A stretch of 64,000 nucleotides of DNA, taken from positions 90,857-154,856 of the forward strand of contig DATDOV010000100.1 in assembly GCA_035293105.1 (NCBI GenBank), read 5' to 3'. Under the pieces are notes generated by a model. That model was not told the DNA's origin, made no database searches, and saw only the letters and a list, made by a program, of their open reading frames with translations. Positions 46,241 to 54,212 of this stretch are shown here, piece by piece. The position numbers and the translations under genes are program-made. The stretch is from Blastocatellia bacterium. GTDB lineage: Bacteria; Acidobacteriota; Blastocatellia; UBA7656. Every line of letters begins with the position of its first letter. Within the stretch, counting starts at the first letter, position 1.

Positions 46241-47266
46241 ATGGTGACGAGGGTTTTAGTTGCGGGGTTGATAGCGCTGGCCGGACTGTGTCTGGCTGGA
46301 TGCGGGATGCTGGGCGGGGATCAACAGATCGATGAAGGCGTCGTCATCGCGCCGAAGCTCAAGATAAAGTCGTCAACGGCCATGGTCGCGCTCGATCTCG
46401 CGGAACTGAAGCGCGGAGACCGGCTCGAGATACTTGAACAAACCGAAGTGAAGACGCCGACCAGGACTGACGAATGGTATAAGGTCCGGACAAAGGCGAA
46501 GGACCCGATCATCGGATGGGTCGAGGCTCGTTACGTCATCAACAAAGCCGTCGTCGACAAGATCGATGATCTGTACGAGAAGTCGAAGCAGACCCCGTCA
46601 CAGGGCATCGGCCGGTTGAAAGTCCAAACGAAGCTTCGCATCGAACCCGGCGGCGACGTTGCTACCCACCTGAGCCGCGGCACCTACGTTGACATCGTCG
46701 GCAAAGCGCGCACGATCGTGAAACCCGAGAAACAGCAAACCAGCGAAGGTAACGATGAACCGGCGGAGGAACCCGAAGCTCGCACGGTTCTCTGGTATCA
46801 GATTCGTCTCGGCGATTCCGATGTGCTGCGCGCGGGCTGGGTGGGCGCGCAACAGGTGCAGCTAGACGTGCCCGATGAGATTCTCCACCTGGAGGGCGAG
46901 GGCCGGAGGTTCACCGGCTGGATCGTGTTCGATCAGACGAGAACAAAAAAGGGCGAGCCCAGGAATACCTACATCGGATTGATGAAGAGCCTCAGCACCG
47001 AAGGCCCGATTGATTTCACCCGAATCTGGGTGTTGAACTACGCCCCGGACGAGGGCCGCTATATCGGCTCATACATCGAAGACAAGTTGCGCGGCATGTT
47101 GCCGGTCACCATCAGCCCTAGAGGGTTTACGATTCACGAGCTGGACGAGAACGACAAGCCGGTGCCGGTCCAATACGAAGCGATTCGCCGCGATCCCGCC
47201 CACCTGGTTGTGCATCGCCTCGCGCCGAAGTTCCAGTTCAAGCCGGTGAAAAAAGTGAAGCGATAG
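46241..47266 (+). CDS. lipoprotein (hypothetical)
   Basis: LAGC lipobox MVTRVLVAGLIALAGLCLAGC. Confidence 0.5.
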   Translation: MVTRVLVAGLIALAGLCLAGCGMLGGDQQIDEGVVIAPKLKIKSSTAMVALDLAELKRGDRLEILEQTEVKTPTRTDEWYKVRTKAKDPIIGWVEARYVINKAVVDKIDDLYEKSKQTPSQGIGRLKVQTKLRIEPGGDVATHLSRGTYVDIVGKARTIVKPEKQQTSEGNDEPAEEPEARTVLWYQIRLGDSDVLRAGWVGAQQVQLDVPDEILHLEGEGRRFTGWIVFDQTRTKKGEPRNTYIGLMKSLSTEGPIDFTRIWVLNYAPDEGRYIGSYIEDKLRGMLPVTISPRGFTIHELDENDKPVPVQYEAIRRDPAHLVVHRLAPKFQFKPVKKVKR

Positions 47267-47327
47267 TTCTTTCGCGACGCTGAGAGATCGAGGCCGCATA
47301 ACCAATCGATAACCCAGGGCGAGACCT

Positions 47328-48110
47328 CTAGCCCCGAACAATCTCAATCAATTTGCCCAGGCTCCGGTCGACTGTTTCAGCCAGCAACTCAACCATCGGT
47401 TTGGTATTCGCCGTATAGCCTTCTTCAACGGCTGCGCGGTAGGACGGAACCGTGTCGGGACTGATGATTATCGGCGGCAAGCCGACCCGCACGGTGAAGA
47501 GGGTCGCGGCCAGGAGCGCAACGGCTGCGTTGGCGACCTCGAACGGCTGAAGCTCGGTCAACCGCAGTAAGACAATGGCGGCCTGCTCAATCGGATTCAA
47601 TTCCGTGAACGACTCGGCGGCAAACCACTGGCACGTCGTCTCTAGTAGCACCGGCACGTGTTCGCCGGCGGGTGGTTTGACCGGACGAGTCGGTTCACCC
47701 GCGCCCGTGCGCAAACCCGCCGAGGCGCTGGTTAGAGCTTGATGCAGTCTCAAGAGCAGGGAAGGGGTCAGGGCGGCGGTGGCCCCGGATGATCGAGCAA
47801 ACGAATCAAGCAACCGAACCGCGGTGAGCATTCGCGCGATTGCCTGTTCCCCGTCGCTCAATTGTGAGCCGTCCCGTGAGGGGCCGTAAGCAACTCGAGC
47901 TACCTCCTCCTTCGAGACGCCGACACCTTCCACGAGCAACGTTGCATGCGCAAACCCGACTTCGGTCCAGCGGATCAATCGCTCGTGCTGTTCTGCCGAA
48001 GGTCTAAGCGCGACGAGTTCCTTGTGTTTCTGGTTGACGCGGTTGATCCACTCGTACGTCGGGAGTTGGAACAGAATCGGAGGCCGCCGTGAATCGGGAG
48101 GTCGCTGCAT
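47328..48110 (-). CDS. hypothetical protein
   Basis: ORF only. A weak Fic-like HPFxx motif (LQPFEVANAAV) lacks the full HxFx[DE]GNGR signature. Confidence 0.4.
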   Translation of the reverse strand: MQRPPDSRRPPILFQLPTYEWINRVNQKHKELVALRPSAEQHERLIRWTEVGFAHATLLVEGVGVSKEEVARVAYGPSRDGSQLSDGEQAIARMLTAVRLLDSFARSSGATAALTPSLLLRLHQALTSASAGLRTGAGEPTRPVKPPAGEHVPVLLETTCQWFAAESFTELNPIEQAAIVLLRLTELQPFEVANAAVALLAATLFTVRVGLPPIIISPDTVPSYRAAVEEGYTANTKPMVELLAETVDRSLGKLIEIVRG

Positions 48111-48294
48111 ACGTTGTCAATCTTGAAGGGGGCACGCTTGTGAGTCAACGCGCAGACCACACTCGCCGCACCCGCGCTTGACACCAACCCACTTCGCACG
48201 GGACACTTGGATCGCAATCGTAGCCCGTTGCAACGCAGGCATACTGGCGGGCATCAAGCGGGCATCAACGATCTTCGGCAGCCCGCGGCTAACC

Positions 48295-49128
48295 ATGCAC
48301 ACTGAGCGCGAAACCCGAAAGCAGATCGTCGAAATAGGCCGGGCCATCTACGAGAACGGCTTTGTCGCGGCGTCCGACGGCAATATCAGTGCGAGACTCG
48401 AAGACGGCAACATCCTCACGACGCCCACCATGGTGTGCAAGGGGAAGATGACCGAGGATATGCTCGTGCTGGTCGATATCGACGGCCGAAAGCTGCGCCG
48501 GGATGAGCGCAATCCGTCGTCGGAATTCGCAATGCATCGCGAGATCTACCGGCTGCGGCCCGACGTGCACGCCGTCGTCCATGCCCACCCGCCATTCGGA
48601 ACCGGCTTCGCGGTTGCTAACGTCCCGCTGGACAAGCCGCTGCTTTCCGAAGTAATCCTGACGCTCGGCTGCATTCCGCTGACGGCTTACGGTACGCCGT
48701 CGACGACCGAGTTGTCAGAATCGCTGACGCCGTTCATTCCCCACCACGACGCGCTGTTGCTCGCGAATCACGGCGCCGTGGCTTATGGCCCGGATCTGGA
48801 GACGGCTTACGCGCGAATGGAGACGCTCGAGCACTTCGCTAAGATCACTTTGATCGCGCGGCTGGTAGGCAGGCCGAAGGAACTGCCCGCCGAGGCAATT
48901 GAAAAACTGCTTGACGTACGCGAGCGGGCGGGGTATATGCCCGCCGAGGCGCGAAGCTGTCAGGCTTGCGGGTTTGTGAAAGGCCACGCCTCGACGTGCG
49001 CGCTCGGCGCCGCTACAGAGTCGTGGCGCGCTGGCAACGGAGATGAATCCGTCACCCTGACGCGCCGGGAGCTGACGGCGTTGATAACCGAAGCGGCGCG
49101 GCTCGTCGCGCGCGAGATGAAGAGTTGA
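48295..49128 (+). CDS. class II aldolase/adducin-family enzyme (fuculose/rhamnulose-1-P aldolase-like) with C-terminal extension
   Basis: GNISARL, metal-binding HAVVHAHPP...LLANHGAVAYG...H motifs. An ~85-aa C-terminal tail ends in the amphipathic helix LTRRELTALITEAARLVAREMKS. ATG at 48295. Confidence 0.8.
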   Translation: MHTERETRKQIVEIGRAIYENGFVAASDGNISARLEDGNILTTPTMVCKGKMTEDMLVLVDIDGRKLRRDERNPSSEFAMHREIYRLRPDVHAVVHAHPPFGTGFAVANVPLDKPLLSEVILTLGCIPLTAYGTPSTTELSESLTPFIPHHDALLLANHGAVAYGPDLETAYARMETLEHFAKITLIARLVGRPKELPAEAIEKLLDVRERAGYMPAEARSCQACGFVKGHASTCALGAATESWRAGNGDESVTLTRRELTALITEAARLVAREMKS

Positions 49129-49170
49129 GCCGTCACTGTGAAACGTCACTACTAGCGACATGGAGGAGAG

Positions 49171-49461
49171 ATGATGGAAGCGCTTGGAATGATCGAGACC
49201 AAGGGTCTCGTGGCAATGATAGAAGCCGCCGATGCGATGGTTAAGGCCGCAAACGTCACGCTCATCGGTTATGAGAAGATCGGAGCGGGACTCGTGACCG
49301 CCATCGTGCGCGGCGACGTCGCGGCGGTAAAGGCCGCCACGGATGCCGGCGCGGCGGCAGCGCGGCGAGTGGGCGAACTAGTCAGCGTTCACGTAATACC
49401 GCGCCCACACGCCGCGGTGGACGAGAACATGCCGGTGACTTACGACTCGCGCGCGAAGTAG
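49171..49461 (+). CDS. bacterial microcompartment shell protein BMC-H (PduA/CcmK/EutM family)
   Basis: [60 protein letters not shown] is the canonical Pfam00936 signature. Confidence 0.85.
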   Translation: MMEALGMIETKGLVAMIEAADAMVKAANVTLIGYEKIGAGLVTAIVRGDVAAVKAATDAGAAAARRVGELVSVHVIPRPHAAVDENMPVTYDSRAK

Positions 49462-49572
49462 TGAGGCGCGAAACATGAGTTGCGATGCGCGATCGGGACG
49501 GTGGCGACTCGCTGAAGCCCGACCGGGACTCACGAACTCCGCATCGCGAATTAGGAATCTTCCTATTCGATT

Positions 49573-49845
49573 ATGATCCTTGCTCGCATAGTTGGAACGG
49601 TGGTCGCAACGCGGAAGGACGAGCGACTGCATGGCCGTAAGCTCCTCGTCGCGCGGCTGGTCGGTGTCGACGGCAAGGACGAGAAGGGTCATCTGATTGC
49701 CGTCGACACGGTTGGGGCCGGCGTGCGTGAAGTCGTCCTCATCGTCCAGGGCAGTTCGGCGCGCATGGCTTTCGGTTGCAAAGAGTGTCCGATCGACGCC
49801 GCCGTCGTCGGCATCGTAGACACGGTCGAGGTGAGTGATGCGTGA
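49573..49845 (+). CDS. bacterial microcompartment vertex protein BMC-P (EutN/CcmL/PduN family)
   Basis: MILARIVGTVVATRKDERLHGRKLLVARLV...VAVDTVGAGVREVVLIVQGSSARMA...DAAVVGIVD matches the Pfam03319 pattern. Confidence 0.8.
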   Translation: MILARIVGTVVATRKDERLHGRKLLVARLVGVDGKDEKGHLIAVDTVGAGVREVVLIVQGSSARMAFGCKECPIDAAVVGIVDTVEVSDA

Positions 49846-49918
49846 GAAGAACACGATGGAGAATCATTGTTCATGATTCCTCATTCATTACTCACCATTC
49901 ATCGTTTATCATTCATCC

Positions 49919-51652
49919 GTGAGCACCATCCGAATAGCACTCGCGCAGATCAACCCGACGGTAGGTGACCTCGCTGGGAACGTCGATCTCGCCCTCGATT
50001 ACGTCCGCCGCGCTCGCGAGCTTGAAGCCGAGATCGTCGCCCTTCCGGAACTCGCCCTCACCGGATACCCGCCGGAAGACCTCCTGCTCAAACCGCATTT
50101 TGCGCGCGACTGCCGCGCGGCGCTCGACCGGATTATACCCGCGACCTCGGACATCGTGGCCATCATCGGATTCGTCGATGGCGACGGGTCGGCCATCTAC
50201 AACGCCGCGGCGGTCATCGCGAACGGGCGGCTCGTGGACATCTACCACAAGTCTTTCCTTCCCAACTATGGCGTCTTTGACGAAGAACGCTATTTTCAAT
50301 CGGGCACGCGGTGTCCGGTATTCACGCTGGGCGACGCTCGCGTCGGCGTGAACATCTGCGAAGACATCTGGTATCCCGGCGGCCCGACAAGGCTTCAGGC
50401 GCAGGCCGGCGACGCCCATCTGATCGTTAACATATCGTCATCCCCGTATCACGCCGGCAAGACCCTGGACCGCGAGCGAATGCTGTGCACGCGTGCCGAG
50501 GACAATGCGGTCGCGGTGGCCTACTGCAACCTGATCGGCGGACAGGATGAGCTGGTCTTCGACGGCAACAGCCTGATAATCGGCGAATCGGGGAACATCA
50601 TCGCGCGCGGCCGGTCCTTCGAGGAAGATCTGGTCGTCGCGGACCTCAACGTCGAGCGCGTCTTCGCCGAACGGCTTCGCGACCCGCGGCGTCGGCGCGA
50701 AAAAGTAGACGTCGATGCGGACGATTCGCTCTACTTCATCAATATCGATGTCGCGCGTCGCGGCGAGCGCCCGGCTCTGCCTGCGAGAGTCGTCGAACAG
50801 TTGGAGGAGCCTGCCGAAGTGTACAAGGCTCTCGTCGTCGGGACGCGTGATTACGTGCGAAAGAACGGCTTCGACAAGGTGTATCTGGGGCTGTCAGGCG
50901 GGATCGACTCGGCGCTGACGGCGGTGATCGCGGCGGATGCTATCGGCCCCGAAAACGTGAACGCGGTCTTCATGCCTACGCGGTATTCCGCGTCGGAGAG
51001 CGGCCGGGACGCCCGGCTGCTGGCTGAGGCTCTAGGAATCGGCTTTCAGGTCATCCCGATCGAAGAGACCCTCAACGCGTACTCCAAGATGCTGGCGCCC
51101 GCGTTCGATGGGCTTCCCGAGGACACGACGGAAGAGAACATTCAGGCTCGCATCCGAGGGAACATCTTGATGGCATTGTCGAACAAATTCCAGGGCCTAG
51201 TGATTTCAACAGGTAATAAGAGCGAGATGAGTGTTGGATACTCGACGCTGTACGGCGATACGGCCGGCGGATTCGCATTGTTGAAGGACGTGCCGAAGAT
51301 GCTCGTCTACAAGCTTGCCGATTACGTCAACGCCCGACCGCCGCGCCCCGTGATACCGGAGTACGTCATCAAGCGCCCGCCCTCAGCGGAGCTGCGCGCC
51401 AACCAGACCGATCAAGACACGCTGCCGCCCTACGCCGTGCTGGACGCGATACTGGAAGCCTATGTTGAGAAGGACCTCAGCGCGGAGTCGATCGTCGCGA
51501 TGGGTTACCCGGCGGAAACGGTTCAATGGGTCATCGCGCGAGTCGACGCCGCCGAGTACAAGCGCCGCCAGTCGCCTCCCGGGATCAAGATCACTCCGCG
51601 CGCATTCGGCCGCGACCGCCGCATGCCGATCACAAACAAGTATCACGGCTGA
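49919..51652 (+). CDS. nadE: glutamine-dependent NAD+ synthetase
   Basis: N-terminal CN-hydrolase (nitrilase) domain, then a C-terminal NAD-synthase PP-loop VYLGLSGGIDSALTA. GTG start. Confidence 0.85.
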   Translation: MSTIRIALAQINPTVGDLAGNVDLALDYVRRARELEAEIVALPELALTGYPPEDLLLKPHFARDCRAALDRIIPATSDIVAIIGFVDGDGSAIYNAAAVIANGRLVDIYHKSFLPNYGVFDEERYFQSGTRCPVFTLGDARVGVNICEDIWYPGGPTRLQAQAGDAHLIVNISSSPYHAGKTLDRERMLCTRAEDNAVAVAYCNLIGGQDELVFDGNSLIIGESGNIIARGRSFEEDLVVADLNVERVFAERLRDPRRRREKVDVDADDSLYFINIDVARRGERPALPARVVEQLEEPAEVYKALVVGTRDYVRKNGFDKVYLGLSGGIDSALTAVIAADAIGPENVNAVFMPTRYSASESGRDARLLAEALGIGFQVIPIEETLNAYSKMLAPAFDGLPEDTTEENIQARIRGNILMALSNKFQGLVISTGNKSEMSVGYSTLYGDTAGGFALLKDVPKMLVYKLADYVNARPPRPVIPEYVIKRPPSAELRANQTDQDTLPPYAVLDAILEAYVEKDLSAESIVAMGYPAETVQWVIARVDAAEYKRRQSPPGIKITPRAFGRDRRMPITNKYHG

Positions 51653-51763
51653 GGAACCATCGAACGCCGACTGAGCGCGCTTGAGCGGGCCCTCGTCGCT
51701 CGCGCGCCGGTGCGAACGGTCTGCTCTTGAGGTCCGGGTGGCCTAGAAGCTTGTTGGAAGGAT

Positions 51764-51850
51764 CCTTCGTAGTAACGGATTCATTCGTTCCCACGTTGGC
51801 GAGAGGCGTATTCCTCAACAAACAGAACGAATGAACTCGTTACTACGAAG
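51764..51850. terminator. long inverted repeat (26-nt arms) between convergent genes; putative bidirectional terminator
   Basis: ccttcgtagtaacggattcattcgttc ...35 nt... gaacgaatgaactcgttactacgaag. Confidence 0.5.
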
Positions 51851-51871
51851 ACGCGTGATTCCGAGAGCCTT

Positions 51872-52870
51872 TTAGCGCGGCTCGGGAACAAGTTCAACCT
51901 TGCCTGCGGCACGGTAACGTCGCACGAAGAACCGGATCACGAGTCCCATCGGCAGCAGGATCAACACAGCGACCGGAACCAACACGATGATCAAGCGAAT
52001 GAGTCCGGTGACAATCGAAGCCGCAACGTCGACGCCGTCGCCAAAAGCTTGCTTGATGTCGTGGCCAAAACCTGCGGTGGTCGCGGTGACTAGCGGCGCC
52101 GCTGGCTGCAGAGTAACTGTGATCGTCGAGTAGCTCGATTGATTCTGAAGGAACCGGCGGCGCCCTTCGAGTCGCTCGATTTCAGTGCGGACGTTGGCAA
52201 TCTCGTTTTGCACCTCGAGCGCGTCGGAGACCTTCCGCGCCTGCTTCATGATTTCGAGGAACTGAGCCTCGAGTGCTTTCTTGGTGCGGATGCGGGCTTC
52301 GAGGTCGATGAATTCCTCGGTGACGTCCTGACCGGTGACCTTCTCTTGAACCACGCGCTGACCGACGTTGCGGATTCCTTCGAGGGCGCGGTTGAACTGG
52401 GCGGCCGGGACGCGAGCGACGAGGGTCACGACCTGATTGGGTTTCGATTGGCCGGCGCCTGCGCCCTGTCGGGAATCAGAGGAAACGATGAAGCCGCCAA
52501 GGATCTCCGCGATTGACGTGATCTTGCGTTGTCCCTCCGCGGCCGAGTCGATCTCGAGGCTCAACTCGGCGTTGCGAATGATCTTCCGGTCATCAGCGTG
52601 AGTTGCGGCCTGAATGGTTCCGAGATCGGCCTGGAGGTCAGATTGCACCGCCCTCCCGCCGACCGTTGTCGTCACCGCCGCCGACAAGGCACCTTCAGCA
52701 CCAACCTCTCTACGCAACGTCGCGTCAAGCTCGACGTTCTCTGAGGCGGGGCGGGCTGACGACGTCTCGTTGTTGCCCCCGGCAGGTCCGGCGGAGCTCT
52801 TGCTTCTAGTCTCATTACAGCCGGAAAACGCGAGTACCGTTCCCAAAACTACTGCCGTTGCAAGTTTCAT
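51872..52870 (-). CDS. lipoprotein with coiled coil and C-terminal TM segments (hypothetical, DUF4349-like)
   Basis: MKLATAVVLGTVLAFSGC lipobox. C-terminal hydrophobic helices. Confidence 0.5.
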   Translation of the reverse strand: MKLATAVVLGTVLAFSGCNETRSKSSAGPAGGNNETSSARPASENVELDATLRREVGAEGALSAAVTTTVGGRAVQSDLQADLGTIQAATHADDRKIIRNAELSLEIDSAAEGQRKITSIAEILGGFIVSSDSRQGAGAGQSKPNQVVTLVARVPAAQFNRALEGIRNVGQRVVQEKVTGQDVTEEFIDLEARIRTKKALEAQFLEIMKQARKVSDALEVQNEIANVRTEIERLEGRRRFLQNQSSYSTITVTLQPAAPLVTATTAGFGHDIKQAFGDGVDVAASIVTGLIRLIIVLVPVAVLILLPMGLVIRFFVRRYRAAGKVELVPEPR

Positions 52871-53045
52871 GTGTCACCTCCTCTGCTCCGCAACGCAGAT
52901 GGCCGGTGAATGTTCCTGGAACTCCGAGGGCTTTCGCGTCGGATGTGAAGGGCGGGATGCCGGCAGGGGTCCGATCCCAAATAAAAGAGGGCTATCGCGA
53001 TAGCCCTCAATCTCAGCAGCCTATGTTAATCGGCGGTTGGTTGTT

Positions 53046-53495
53046 CTACTTCTCGACGATGTCCTTCTTCAAACCCGCCAGCGCGGCGACCACTTCGTCC
53101 TGCTCCTTCTTCGGGACCTTGAACTGGTCGAGCGTCGCGCCGAGGTGCTTCACCGCGGTGTCCCAGTCCTTCTCGGTTATGCCGAGCCCTTTGTGGGCCG
53201 TCTTCATGTCGCGACCGATGTACACGCAAGGACCGCCCGTAGCCGCGCACAACTGATCGACGACGAGTTGACGGATTCTCATCTTGGAATTATCACTCGC
53301 GCCGATGAAGAAGCGGCCGAGGTCTTTGTCAGTCGCCAGCCGGGTGATGAATTCGTCGGTGACCGCCGCGAGCGCATCGTAGCCGCCGAGCCGTTTGTAA
53401 AGCGAGTCCCCCTTCATCTGAGCCGACACTGACGGCCCAAGCATGGAAAGGAAGAGTGCCGCGATTGAAACGTAAAGCGAGATTCTCTTATTCAA
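53046..53495 (-). CDS. truncated (2/2, group I-like) haemoglobin, exported
   Basis: LYKRLGGYDALAAVTDEFITRLATDKDLGRFF...GGPCVYIGRDMKTAHKGLGITEKDW matches trHb signatures (proximal His in HKGLGI). TTG start at 53495 with AAGGAGA RBS and signal peptide NKRISLYVSIAALFLSMLGPSVSAQ. Confidence 0.65.
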   Translation of the reverse strand: MNKRISLYVSIAALFLSMLGPSVSAQMKGDSLYKRLGGYDALAAVTDEFITRLATDKDLGRFFIGASDNSKMRIRQLVVDQLCAATGGPCVYIGRDMKTAHKGLGITEKDWDTAVKHLGATLDQFKVPKKEQDEVVAALAGLKKDIVEK

Positions 53496-54147
53496 TGTCT
53501 TGTCTCCTTTAAGGTGTTTCGAGTTAACATCACACAGGGCGAAAACAGTGCGAGTTCCGAATCCCATTTCCCGAAGATCAAGGGCACGTCCGACTCCGCA
53601 CTTCGCCGTGCCCGGACAGTACGGGACGGACCACCGGTTTGGATTGGTTCGGATGAAGCAACGAGTTACTTGCCCTGAAATGGGGAAGGGCACGACAAGC
53701 GGGACTGCTTCTCGTGCCCCAGGTTGAGCCTCCCCGGTTATCGGGCGACAACCGGATTACAGGCAGGGTTGAGGCTCATTCTCCTGAGCACGGGGAGGGG
53801 ATAGTCACCGCGCCCAGGATGTCAATGGCTGGCCAATGCAGGAACCAGCCGATACTGGCGGCATCGTTGCTTGAGCGGAAGGTCGCCGCCAAATACTAGT
53901 CCAAATCTCGTCATTACCCGTTACCCGACGATTCGTGCTATCAGTTCTGCATATCCCCTTCACCATTCATTGACGGAATCACCTTCGCAGTTTTTGCAGA
54001 CCGACAGAAAAAACTGAAAAAAACTTTGGTGGTGGATACTACGGGTGGGTAAGGCGGTTGTGTGGGCCTTATTGAGCCATCAGAAACAGCGCTAGCCCTA
54101 GGTCGGAAGATCGTGGATCAGAGTCGAGACCACGTCAGCAGAATAAT

Positions 54148-54186
54148 GACAACAAAAACGGGCCAGCCGTTGCCGGTTGGCCCGCA
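54148..54186 (-). terminator. rho-independent terminator for the BNR-protein gene
   Basis: On the minus strand: CGGGCCAACCGGCAACGGCTGGCCCG followed by TTTTTGTTGT, 25 nt after the stop. Confidence 0.55.
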
Positions 54187-54212
54187 TTGGTCCGATTATC
54201 GGGGATAGACAC

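Noticed and set aside
49919-51652. nadE as a functional part of the BMC operon
   Set aside because: Co-orientation and a 73-bp gap are suggestive, but NAD synthetase is a housekeeping enzyme and has no encapsulation-peptide-like tail. It is treated as neighbouring only, though mentioned in the BMC finding.
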